Positions 1 to 9,800 of a stretch of DNA of 64,000 nt are shown one piece after another. The translations under genes and the position numbers were made by a program. Under the pieces are notes generated by a model. That model searched no databases, was not told the DNA's origin, and saw nothing but the letters and a program-made list of their open reading frames with translations. Source of the stretch: an uncultured delta proteobacterium (GTDB lineage: Bacteria > Myxococcota_A > Polyangia > Palsa-1104); the NCBI GenBank assembly GCA_963785725.1, contig CAWAWS010000026.1:160001-224000 (forward strand), in the 5' to 3' direction. The first letter of the stretch is position 1, and the number at the start of each line of letters is the position of its first letter.

Positions 1-143
1 TCGTCTACCGCTGCCGCTTATTGGGCGCTGCGCGCGCCGTCGAGGTCGCGCAGGTCCATTGGGTCGAGCGCGACCGCCTCTTGACCTACGACGTCCTGCC
101 CGCCGACGTCGCGCTCGTCGAGCGGCTCGCCCGCGACGGCTGA
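1..143 (+). CDS. 3' end of a NUDIX hydrolase (MutT/NudG-like), truncated by the window edge
   Basis: My translation from position 3 gives VYRCRLLGAARAVEVAQVHWVERDRLLTYDVLPADVALVERL*, which resembles the MutT/NudG C-terminus (W-V ... Y..LPAD); TGA at 141-143. Confidence 0.6.
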   Translation, partial: VYRCRLLGAARAVEVAQVHWVERDRLLTYDVLPADVALVERLARDG

Positions 144-212
144 AGCCGCGAAAGCCGCGGCAACGGCTCGACAGGGCTGACGAAATGGGGCGCCGTCGGC
201 TACCATATTCGC

Positions 213-2378
213 GTGCACGCCCTCGCCGACCAGGTCCTGCTCGGCCCACGCTCGCTGCCGCCTTTGCTCGGCGGCTGCGTCGGCATGGCGTTGGCGCTCT
301 TTTTGGCCATCAAGCCGGGCGAGTCGCGCAAGCGGACGTGGTTCGCCATCATCGCCTTTTGCTCGACGATCTGGTCCTGGGCGGCGGCGCTGTCGCTCGG
401 CGCCTTGTCGCCCGAGCTCGGCTCGTGGCTGACGCGCGTGTCGTACGCGGCGATCGCGCTGGCCGGGCCGTGCGCGCTCAGCTTCGGCGCCGAGCTGGCG
501 CGCGCGCCGACGAAGTGGCAGCGGCCGGCGCACGCGGTCGCGATCGTGGCCGCGGTCGCGATCTTGTGGCTGCCGGCGCTGACACACGTGCGACCGCGGC
601 TGGGCGGCGGCTATTGGCCGGCGCCGTCGTGGTCACTCCTGCTGGCGGCGCTGGCGTCGGGACCGCCGCTCGTCGGCGGCATGCACCTCGTGCGGCGCGC
701 GTGGCGACGCCTGCCGCCTTGCCGGCACCGGCGGCAGCTGGCGTGGGCGTGGGCGGCGCTGCTGCTCGGCGCGCTCGGCGTCTTCGATCTGCAGACGGTG
801 CTGACCGGCTTCTATCCCACGGCCTGGCTGACCAGCATGCTCTCGTCGGTGACGCTGTTCTACGCCATCGCCCAGCATCGGCTCATGGCGACGCGCACGT
901 TCATTCGTCAGGCGCTCATCGGCACCGTCGGGCTGTGCGCGGGCGCGCTCGTCGTCGTGGCGCTGGTGTCGTGGGCGCCGCGGCTGTTCGCGCAAGGCAG
1001 CGCCGGGCTCTTTTTGACGACGCTGGCGCTGTTCGCCGTCGTGCGGCTGTGGTCGAGCGCGGTCGAGCCGGCGCTGACGTATCTGTTCGGCTGGCGGCGC
1101 CGCCACATCGACCACGCCTTCGTCGAGTTCGAGCGCCGCTCGCTGGAGGCGCGCTCGACGGAGGAGGTCGCGCTGTGCCTGGCCGGCGCGCTGCGCGAAG
1201 CGTTCGACGCGCGCCTCGTGCGCCTCTTGCCGGCCGATCGCGACCGCGCCGACGAGCATCCCAGCATCGGCGTCGCTGAGGACGCGCTGGCCGAGTCGGG
1301 CGCGCCGCTCTTGCGCGATCTCGTCGAGCTCGATGACGCCCGCGCGCCGCGCATGCTCGACGCGCTCGATCGCTTGGGCGCCGACGCGCTCGTGCCGCTC
1401 ATGCGCGACACGCAGCTGCAGGCGATGGTGGCCATCGCCGGCGACGCGCTGTCGCCCGCCGACGACCTCGTCGCCGACGAGCTGCGCCGCATGGGTCAGC
1501 GCGCGGCGCTGGCCTGGGTCAACGCGCGGCTCTACAGCGAGGTCGCGCGCCGCTCGGCCGGCCTCGAGACGCAGGTTCGCCTGCGCACCGCCGAGCTCGA
1601 GCAGGCGCTCGGCGAGCTGCGCACGGCGCACGCGCGGCTCGTCGAGGTCGAGCGCACGTCGTCGCTGGGCCTGCTCGTCGCCGGCATCAGCCACGAGATC
1701 AACAACGCGCTCAACATCATCCACGCCAACTTGCCGACGCTGGCCCGCTACGCGCAGCGCTACGACGAGCTGGCGGGCGACGGCGGCTCCGCCGACCTGC
1801 AGATCGCGCGACAGCTGTGGCCGCGCGCCATCGCCGAGCTCGGCGACTCGGTGCGGCGCACGCGCGCCATCGTCGACAATCTACGCAAGTTCGCGCGGCC
1901 CGACACCGAGCGCCGCCTCGTGCGCGTGCAAGAAGGGCTCGACGCCGCGCTCAACCTCCTGCGCCGCCGCACCGACGGCCGCCTCGACATCGCGCGCGTC
2001 TACGCCGGCACGCCTTCCATCGACGGCTATCCCGGCCAGCTGAACCAGTGCTTCTTCAACCTGCTCTTGAACGCCGTCGAGGCTGCGCGCAGTGAGATCT
2101 GGGTCGTCCTCGGCCCGCGCGACGAATCGGGCGGCGTGTCGCTCATCATCAACGACGACGGCGACGGCGGCGAAGCCGACGACCAAGAGCGGCTCTTCTC
2201 GCCCGTCATGACGGCGCGTGAGCGCGCGAGCAGCCTCGGCCTCACCGTCTCGCGCAGCATCGTGCAGCGCCACGGCGGCACGCTCGAGGTCGCGCGCGCC
2301 GCCGGCGCCGGCGTGACGGTTCGCCTGACCTTACCGCCGAGCGCGCCCGCGCCGGCCGCCCCGAAGGACTCGGCATGA
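213..2378 (+). CDS. Membrane sensor histidine kinase (multi-TM N-terminus, GAF-like region, HisKA, degenerate HATPase)
   Basis: Many hydrophobic helices; H-box GISHEINNAL; N-box NLLLNAVEA; G1 DDGDG; F/G2 degenerate (LFSPVMTAR...ASSLGL). Confidence 0.85.
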   Translation: MHALADQVLLGPRSLPPLLGGCVGMALALFLAIKPGESRKRTWFAIIAFCSTIWSWAAALSLGALSPELGSWLTRVSYAAIALAGPCALSFGAELARAPTKWQRPAHAVAIVAAVAILWLPALTHVRPRLGGGYWPAPSWSLLLAALASGPPLVGGMHLVRRAWRRLPPCRHRRQLAWAWAALLLGALGVFDLQTVLTGFYPTAWLTSMLSSVTLFYAIAQHRLMATRTFIRQALIGTVGLCAGALVVVALVSWAPRLFAQGSAGLFLTTLALFAVVRLWSSAVEPALTYLFGWRRRHIDHAFVEFERRSLEARSTEEVALCLAGALREAFDARLVRLLPADRDRADEHPSIGVAEDALAESGAPLLRDLVELDDARAPRMLDALDRLGADALVPLMRDTQLQAMVAIAGDALSPADDLVADELRRMGQRAALAWVNARLYSEVARRSAGLETQVRLRTAELEQALGELRTAHARLVEVERTSSLGLLVAGISHEINNALNIIHANLPTLARYAQRYDELAGDGGSADLQIARQLWPRAIAELGDSVRRTRAIVDNLRKFARPDTERRLVRVQEGLDAALNLLRRRTDGRLDIARVYAGTPSIDGYPGQLNQCFFNLLLNAVEAARSEIWVVLGPRDESGGVSLIINDDGDGGEADDQERLFSPVMTARERASSLGLTVSRSIVQRHGGTLEVARAAGAGVTVRLTLPPSAPAPAAPKDSA

Positions 2379-2454
2379 GCGAGCGTGCGCGTTTGACCGA
2401 AGCCCGTCGGGCTCGCCGATCGACGGTAGGCCCTTTGCCGAACGAAGGGCAGCC

Positions 2455-3282
2455 ATGAGCGGCAAAGTGCTCATTCTCGACGGCGACGCCGCTCGCATCG
2501 GCCGCTTGGCGCAGGCCGTCACGCAAGCCGGCGGCGAGCCGCTCGAAGTGACCTCGACGGCGGCCGCCTTGCGCGTCGCCGCCGCCGCCGATTTGGCGTT
2601 GCTCGCCGGCAGCGAAGGCTTGGCCGCGCTGGCCGCGCTGTCGGCGTCGCATCCGTCGCTGCCGCGCATCAGCGTCATCGGCAACGCCACCGGGCCCGAG
2701 CTCGAGCGCCTGACCAGCACGATCCGCGTCGCGCTCTTGGCCAAGCGGCCGTCGGTGCGCGACTTCGAGACGCTGATTCGCGATCGCCGCACCGGCGCCT
2801 TCGGCTACCACTATTTCCGCGTGCGCCTCGCCGACGAGCTCGATCGCGCCGGCCGCTACGCGCGCGCCTTGTCGCTCATGTTCGTCGACGTCGATGATCT
2901 GCGCGGCCTCAACGATCGTCTCGGTCGTCCGGCCGGCGACTTCGCGCTCATGCAGGTCGCGCAGGCGCTGACCGCCGGCGCGCGCTCGGTCGACTGCGTC
3001 GGTCGCTGGGCGGGCGGCGGCTTCGCGGTGCTGTTGCCGGAGACGGCCGTCGGCGCCGCCTACGGCTTGGCCGAGCGGCTGCGCGCCGACCTGGCCGCGC
3101 GGCGACTGCCGGCGCCGCCCGCGCTCGTGCCGCAAGGTCGCCAGCTGCGCGTCACCGTCAGCTGCGGCGTGGCCTCGCTGTACAAAGACGGCACGGCGCG
3201 CCCGCAAACGCTCGTCGCCCGCGCCGACCACGCGTTGTGGCGCGCCAAGCTGAGCGGCCGCAACCGCTCGGTCGTCGACTAA
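2455..3282 (+). CDS. Degenerate GGDEF-domain protein with pseudo-receiver N-terminus
   Basis: GGDEF scaffold (DRRTG, MFVDVDDL, NDRLGRPAGD, VTVSCGVA, ADHALWRAKLSGRN); A-site reads AGGGF; I-site RSVD intact. Confidence 0.85.
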   Translation: MSGKVLILDGDAARIGRLAQAVTQAGGEPLEVTSTAAALRVAAAADLALLAGSEGLAALAALSASHPSLPRISVIGNATGPELERLTSTIRVALLAKRPSVRDFETLIRDRRTGAFGYHYFRVRLADELDRAGRYARALSLMFVDVDDLRGLNDRLGRPAGDFALMQVAQALTAGARSVDCVGRWAGGGFAVLLPETAVGAAYGLAERLRADLAARRLPAPPALVPQGRQLRVTVSCGVASLYKDGTARPQTLVARADHALWRAKLSGRNRSVVD

Positions 3283-3288
3283 CGGCGC

Positions 3289-5490
3289 ATGATCAGGCTG
3301 TATCCGACCGGCTGGCTCGCGCTCTATTGGCTGTCCGCCGCCGTCGGTGCGCTGTTGACCGTGCTGCTACGCCAGCGCGGCCACGGGCTGTTACGCCGGC
3401 GCGTCACGCTCATCCTCGCCAACGTCAGCGTCGTCCTCTTCAGCAACGGCCTCATCCTCGGCGCCACCAACGCCCTGACGGCGACGTGGGCCGTCCGCTT
3501 CTCGCAGTTCTTCGTCTGCTGGCTGCCCTTTACCGGCGTGCGCTTCGTGACGGCGTTGGCCAATCGCCGCATGGTCGTGCTCGAGCGCGCCACGCTCATC
3601 GCCGCGCCCTTGACCGCGCTCTTGTCGCTGGCCACGCCGTGGGTCATCGCCGACGCGCGGCCCTATCCGTACGGCTTTGCGGGCGTGGCCGGGCCGCTCT
3701 ATCCCTTGGCGCTCGGCGAGATGATGCTGATGGTGGCGATGCCGCTCGTCGTCTTCGGCGCCTACTTGGACGAGCGGCGACCGCTGGAAAAGCGGCAGCT
3801 CGCCAACATCGCCGTCGCCTGCGCGTCGGGCATGATCGCGTTCGTCGACATTCTGCCGGTGCTCGGCTTCGACGTGCCGCCGATCGGCTGGATACCGCTC
3901 GACTTCGCCGCCTTCGGCCTCATCACCGCCATCATTCGCTACCGCTTCCTCGACATTCGCATGGCCTCGCGGCGGCTGTTGTGGTGGACGGCGACGACGC
4001 TCGCCGGCGCGCTCGTCTTCGCCGTGCCGCTCGGCCCGCTGGCGCCACATCTGACGCGCCATCGGCTCGCGCTCGGCATCTTCGCGGCGCTCCTCCTCTT
4101 GCTCATGCGCGTCTGGGTGGGCACGGCGCAGGCGCGCATCGATCGGCTCGTCGGTCGCCGGCGCCGCGACCTCGACGCCGAGATGGCGCACCTGTCCGAC
4201 GCCGTCGCCGCGCTGCAGACGACCGAAGCGCTCGGCCGCGCCATCGACCGCTTCTTGGTGGCGATCGATCGTCGCTTGGCCGCGCTCGTCGTGCTCGAGC
4301 CGTCGGGCAAGGCGCGCGTCGCCTTGTCGGCGTGGGGCTCGGTGCCGGCGCCGTCGCGGCAGAGCCCGCTGTACGCCGAGCTGCGCGCGCTCGGTCCGCT
4401 CGTGTGGCGCGATCAGGTGCGCGGCAGCAAAGTCGAGGTCGAGCGCGCCTGCGTCCGCTGGGGTGCGGAGTACCTGGCGCCACTCGTCGATGGCGAGGAG
4501 CTGTTGGCCATCGTCGCGGTGGCGCCCAAAGCCGGCGGCGGTCTCGCCGACGTGCTCGAGCTGGAGGCGCTCGAGCGCATGTGCGTGACGGTGACGGCGG
4601 CGCTGGCGTCGGCGCGGCTCTACGAACGCTTGCGCGCGCTGCACCACGAGCTCGAGGCGAAGGCCGAGGCGCGCCAGGTCTCGCTGGCGACCGCGCTGCG
4701 CGACCTGCGCGGCGCCGAGCAGCGGCTCGTGCAGTCGGAGAAGATGGCGTCGCTCGGCCAGATCGTCGGCGGCGTCGCGGCCGATCTCGTCGACGAAGTG
4801 CGCGGCGTGCACGACCGCGTCGCGCAGCTGCGCAGCCACGCCGAGGAGGTCGCGACGGCCGTGCACGCGCGCCTCGACGCCGCGCCCGAGCTCGCCGACG
4901 AAGCGGTGCGCGACATGGCGCGCGATCTCGGCCCGCTGCTCGACGCCGTCGGCGAAGGCGGCCGCCGCGCGCTCGCCATCGCCCAAGATTTGTCGCGCTT
5001 CGCGCCCAGCGCCGATGAAGAGGCCGAAGGTCCGCGTCGCGCGCCCGCGCGTCTCCAAGATCTATGCGACGGCACGCTCAAGCTGTGCGCCGGCCACTTG
5101 GCGGGCGTCGACGTAGTTCGCCGCTACGACGCCGACCTGCCGCCGGTGCTGGTGGAATCGGGCCCACTGGGACAAGTCGTGCTCAACCTCGTCCTCAACG
5201 CGACGCAGGCCATGAAAGGCGTCGGCACCTTGACCATCGCCACCGCGCGCTGCGAGTGGGACGGCCGCGCCGGCGCCGAGCTCATCGTGCACGACACCGG
5301 CCCCGGCATCGCGCCCGAGATCTTGCCGCGCATCTTCGAGCCCTTCTTCTCGACCAAGGGTCAAACCCTGGGCACGGGCCTCGGCTTGAGCGTCAGCTAC
5401 GGCATCGTCGAACGCCACGGCGGCCGCATTCATGTCGAGTCCAAACCGGGTGCCGGATCGACCTTCCGCGTACAACTACCGATAGGCTAA
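3289..5490 (+). CDS. Membrane histidine-kinase-like protein lacking the phosphoacceptor His, with intact HATPase
   Basis: QSEKMASLGQIVGGVAADL (His absent); N-box NLVLNATQA, G1 DTGPG, F IFEPFFSTK and G2 GTGLGL all intact; multi-TM N-terminus. Confidence 0.85.
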   Translation: MIRLYPTGWLALYWLSAAVGALLTVLLRQRGHGLLRRRVTLILANVSVVLFSNGLILGATNALTATWAVRFSQFFVCWLPFTGVRFVTALANRRMVVLERATLIAAPLTALLSLATPWVIADARPYPYGFAGVAGPLYPLALGEMMLMVAMPLVVFGAYLDERRPLEKRQLANIAVACASGMIAFVDILPVLGFDVPPIGWIPLDFAAFGLITAIIRYRFLDIRMASRRLLWWTATTLAGALVFAVPLGPLAPHLTRHRLALGIFAALLLLLMRVWVGTAQARIDRLVGRRRRDLDAEMAHLSDAVAALQTTEALGRAIDRFLVAIDRRLAALVVLEPSGKARVALSAWGSVPAPSRQSPLYAELRALGPLVWRDQVRGSKVEVERACVRWGAEYLAPLVDGEELLAIVAVAPKAGGGLADVLELEALERMCVTVTAALASARLYERLRALHHELEAKAEARQVSLATALRDLRGAEQRLVQSEKMASLGQIVGGVAADLVDEVRGVHDRVAQLRSHAEEVATAVHARLDAAPELADEAVRDMARDLGPLLDAVGEGGRRALAIAQDLSRFAPSADEEAEGPRRAPARLQDLCDGTLKLCAGHLAGVDVVRRYDADLPPVLVESGPLGQVVLNLVLNATQAMKGVGTLTIATARCEWDGRAGAELIVHDTGPGIAPEILPRIFEPFFSTKGQTLGTGLGLSVSYGIVERHGGRIHVESKPGAGSTFRVQLPIG

Positions 5491-5632
5491 GTACAAATAC
5501 AGAACCGCAAACTGGCACTGCAACTGACGTTTCCCGCTGGGGTGAGGAGTCTCCCCCCCAAGTGGAGTCCACTTCGGGTTTACTGGGGTCTACTGTTTCC
5601 CGCAATTCACGGACTTCGGAACGAAACGGTCG

Positions 5633-5648
5633 TGGCGCGCAACTTGAA
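5633..5648 (+). promoter_or_regulatory. Possible sigma54 -24/-12 promoter
   Basis: TGGCGCG-CAAC-TTGAA with correct spacing but TTGA instead of TTGC; about 50 nt upstream of the cupredoxin gene. Confidence 0.35.
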
Positions 5649-5696
5649 AATGCGCTGTCACGTCTTCGTTCAAAAGTGACCTCCAAAGGAGCCGTG

Positions 5697-6593
5697 ATGC
5701 GTCGCAGCCCATATATGCTTTCTGTCGCGTTTGCCGCCACGTTGGTGAGCGGTTGCCTCGGCTCGGTGGGAACGCCTGAGCCGCAAACTCAGACCCCGAC
5801 GACCGGCAACGGCGCCAGCGCCGGTGGCGGCGGCAGCGCCGCGGCTGGTAGCGGCGGCAGCGCCGGCGGTGGCGGCACCGTCGCCGCGGCTGGCGGCGGC
5901 GGCTCGTCGTCCGCGGGCGGTGGCGGCACCGTCGAAGCGCCGCCGCCGGATGCCGGTCCGCCGGCGCTCACCGGCGCCATCGCCATCGCGCTCGACAAGA
6001 CGACGGATACCATCCGTCTCAACGAGAGCCACTCGTACACGGCCACGATCACGCCGTCGAACGGCTTCTCCGGCAGCGTCACGCTCGCGCTCGACAACCC
6101 GCCCGCGGGTGTGTCGGCGACCTTCGATCCGGCCGCCATCATGGTCTCGGCTACGCCGGCCACTGTCGCCGTGACCATCAGCGTCGCCTCCGACATGGCG
6201 ACCCCGGCCGCCTCGGTGCCGCTCTCGATCAAGGGCGTCTCGGGCGAGATTACGGCGGCCGCCGCGCTCGGCGTCATGATTCCCGCCGAGCTCTACGTGC
6301 AGATTCCGAAGGGCGTCAACATCGGCACCGCGGCCGCGCCCAACATGACCGCCTTCGGCAAGTACGGCATGCCCGTCATCCAAGTCGCCGCCGGCACCAA
6401 GGTCACTTGGGTCAACGGCGACACCATCAACCACGAGATCCACTCGGGCGGCGGCCAGGGCATCGCGCACGAGCCCGGTCCGCTGCTCGCCAACGGCGGC
6501 AACGCGTACTCGCAGACCTTCTCGGCCAAGGGCACCTTCACCTATCGCTGCCACATCCATCCGAACATGGAGGGACAGATCATCGTCCAGTAG
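5697..6593 (+). CDS. Lipoprotein with Gly-rich linker, Ig-like domain and C-terminal cupredoxin (plastocyanin-like) domain
   Basis: AAGGAG RBS; lipobox VSGC; GTKVTWVNGDTINHEI and YRCHIHPNM supply type-1 copper ligands H, C, H, M. Confidence 0.8.
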   Translation: MRRSPYMLSVAFAATLVSGCLGSVGTPEPQTQTPTTGNGASAGGGGSAAAGSGGSAGGGGTVAAAGGGGSSSAGGGGTVEAPPPDAGPPALTGAIAIALDKTTDTIRLNESHSYTATITPSNGFSGSVTLALDNPPAGVSATFDPAAIMVSATPATVAVTISVASDMATPAASVPLSIKGVSGEITAAAALGVMIPAELYVQIPKGVNIGTAAAPNMTAFGKYGMPVIQVAAGTKVTWVNGDTINHEIHSGGGQGIAHEPGPLLANGGNAYSQTFSAKGTFTYRCHIHPNMEGQIIVQ

Positions 6594-6622
6594 TCGCACC
6601 ACCCAGCATCGACGTCCGGGTA

Positions 6623-6677
6623 CGGGCTCGCGAGCAACCATCTGGACCATGGGCGCTCGCGAGCCCGGTCTTTTTTT
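6623..6677 (+). terminator. Intrinsic terminator after the cupredoxin gene
   Basis: 13-bp inverted repeat CGGGCTCGCGAGC / GCTCGCGAGCCCG followed by a T7 run. Confidence 0.65.
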
Positions 6678-6809
6678 CGGCCTTCCCGTCGGCTCCTCCT
6701 TCAACCTCACCGCTGTCGAGCTTTCGCCAACCTGATTGGCGGTGGCTGCCAAATCTCCACAAATTCCCTCAGCCTGGCGTTTCTCCCCATCCGCGCGTAG
6801 CCTTATCGG

Positions 6810-9800
6810 GTGCAAACCAAGTTGGCAGCGGCGGTGTGGAGCGGCCGCTGGCGGCTCGACCGCTGCGTCGGCACCGGCGCCGACGGCACGACGTGGGCCG
6901 CCACCGATCTGCGCGACGATCGCCCGGTCGCGCTCAAGGTCCTGCACGCGGCGCTCGACGAGGAGGCGCGTGAGCGGCTGCGCTGGGAGTTCGTGCTGCT
7001 CGGCGCCATCGAGCATCCGCATCTGGTGCGCGTCTTCGATCTCGACTGCATCGAGGGCCGGCCGTTCTACACGAGCGAGCTGCTCGACGGAGCCGCGCCA
7101 ACTCGGTTGGCGACGCTGCCGCCGGCCGAGCGGGCGCGCAAGCTCTGTCAGACGTTGGCCGAGGTCGGCAGCGCGCTCGACGCCTTGCATCGCCGCGGGC
7201 TCGTCCATCACGACGTCAAGCCGGCCAACCTGCTCGTCGATGCCGAGGGGCGCACGCGGCTCGGCGACTTGGGGCTGGCCGCGCTGCTCGGCGCCGTCGG
7301 TGGCAGCGGCGGGGCGCGCGGGACGCCGGCCTATCTGGCGCCCGAAGCGTGGCTTCGGCGGCGGCGATGCGCGCGTCGACCTCTATGCGCTGGGCGCGAC
7401 GGCGTACGAGCTGTGGAGCGGGCGCGCCCCGTTCGTCGCCGCTTCCTTGCCGAGCTGTTGGCGCAGACGCAGACGACGCGTCCGCCGCCGCTCGCCGACG
7501 CGCCCGAAGGGTTGGCGCAGCTCGATCGAGCGGCTCTTGGCGCTCGACCCGGCGGCACGCCCGTCGACGGCGCGCGCGGTCGTCGACGAAGCGCGGCGCT
7601 TGGGGGCGCGACTCGACGGTGCGCTCGACGGCGGTCGCGACGCGCCGGTCTTGTGTCGTCCGCTCTTGGCCGGTCGTGAGCGCGAGCTGTCGGCGCTGCG
7701 TTCGGCCTTGGCGACCGCGCGGCTCATCCTCGTCGAAGGCGCGCCCGGCTCCGGTCGCTCACGGCTGATCGACGAGGCGCGGCGCGCGCAGCAGCTCGAC
7801 GACGTGGCCGCGCGGCCGCGCGGCGACGCCGTGGCGGCAGCTCGCCGACGAGGCGCCGGCGCGGCTGTGCGCGCAGCTGGCCGCGACGCCGGCGCGGCTG
7901 CACGTGGCGCGCGTCGACGAGCCGCGCGTCGAGGAGCTGTTGACGATGGTCGCGCACGGCGCCGCCGCGCCGTCGGTCGTGCTGGCCGAAGTCGAGAGCG
8001 GGGCGTTGCCGCAGCTCGACGGTGAAGGTGTCGTTCGCTTGTCGCTCGATCGCCTCGACGAGCCGGCGGTGACGCGGCTCGTGACGTCGATGTTCGGCCG
8101 CGCTGACGACGAGCTGGCGCGTGCCGTCCATCGCGCCAGCGGCGGGCTGCCGCGCATCGCCGTCGCCATCGTGCGCGCGGCCGCCGCCGCCGCCGATGGG
8201 CAGCCGCTGGCCAACCAAGTGGCCAGGTTGGCAGGGCAGGGGCTCGGCGATTTGTTGGCGGCGTCGCTCGCTCGACTGCCGCCCGCGGCGCGCGCGCTCG
8301 TCGACGCTGCCGCCGTCTTGGGCCGCGCCGCATCGCTGCCGGAGGTCGCCGCGCTGGCGCAGGTCTCGGTGGAGGAGGCGTACGCGGCGGCGTTGCAGGC
8401 GCGGGCGGCGGGAGCGCTCGACCTCGACCGCAGCGGCCGCCTGCAGTTTCCGTCGACGGCGCACGCCGAGGCCGCCTATTCCGCGCTCGATCGGCGACGC
8501 CGCCCGGCGCTTCATCGGCGCGCGCTGGCGGACGCCGTCGACGTCGTCGATCGGGCGCGCCACCAGGTCGCGCTCGCCGACGATGACGCCGGCGCCGCGG
8601 CCGTCGTCGCCGGCGACCAGCTGCTCGAGCGCGGTCAGGCGCGCACGGCGCTGCGCCTCCTGGCCGACGCCGAGCGGCTCGGCGCCGACGTCTTGCCGCC
8701 CGCCGCGCAGCTCGTTCGCGCCCGCGCGTTCACGCAAACCGGCGACTACGACGCGGCGCTGTCCGCGCTCACCATCCTGGAACGCGCCCTCGATCGTTCC
8801 GCGGATCGCGTTGGCGATCGTGCCGGCGACGCGCGCTTGCGCCTCGACGCCGCCGTCATCGCGGCTCGCGCGCTGCAGCGGGCCGGCGATCTCGTCGCCG
8901 CCGAGGCGCGCCTGGCGCCCATCCTCGCCGCCGGCGCCATCGCCGGCACGACGCCGCGCAGCCGCGACGAAGTGCGCGGGCTCCTCGGTCGCATCTTGGT
9001 CGCGCGCGGCGCCTACGCCGAAGCCGTCGCCGCCTGCGCCAGCTCCGAGCTGCCGTCGGCTAGCGTCGCCGAAGCGCGCGGCCTCGGCAGCCTCTACCTC
9101 GGTCGCCTCGACGACGCCGACGGCGCCTTCGCCGCCGCCGAGCGCGCCGCCGCCGATGAGCCAACTTCGTTGGCAAGGGCGCGATCGCTGCGCGGCATGG
9201 CCGCTCACGGCCGCGATCGGCTGGCCGAAGCCGCCGCGCTCTATCAGTCGGCGCTCGAGCTCGCCCGTAAAGCCGACGATCTGCATGGCGCCGCCATTTA
9301 CGCCGCCAACCTGGGCGCGGTGTTGCGCGAGCAGGCCGAGTACGAGCGCGCGTTGCCGCCGACCGCCGACGCTGCGCGCGACCTCGGTCGTCTCGGCAAG
9401 CGCGCCGAGCGCGCCTTCGCGCTCTACAATTACGGCAACCTGCTCCTGTCGATCGGCGATCTGGACGGCGCCGAGCAGGCCGCGACCGATGCTGCGGCCT
9501 TGGCGCGCGCCGCCGCCGCCACGCGTGAGCTCGGCTACGCGCAGCTGCTTAGCGGCGATCTGGCGCGCCGCCGCGGCGACCATCGAGCGGCCGTCCTCGC
9601 TTATCGCGCCGGCGCGGCCAGCCTGGCCGGCTCGCCCGCCGCCGACCGCTTGCAAGCCGCGCTCAACGTGGCCGAAGCGCTCGCCGAGAGCGGTGATCCG
9701 GCAGCCGGACGCGCCGCCTTGGCCGACGCTCGGACACTGGCCGCCGCTGCCAACCAAGTTGACAGCTTTCATCCGACCGCCGCGCGGGTGGCGTTGCTCG

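Noticed and set aside
5064..5696. N-terminal extension of the 509-aa ORF
   Set aside because: It overlaps the kinase gene; the RBS and lipoprotein signal place the real start at about 5697.
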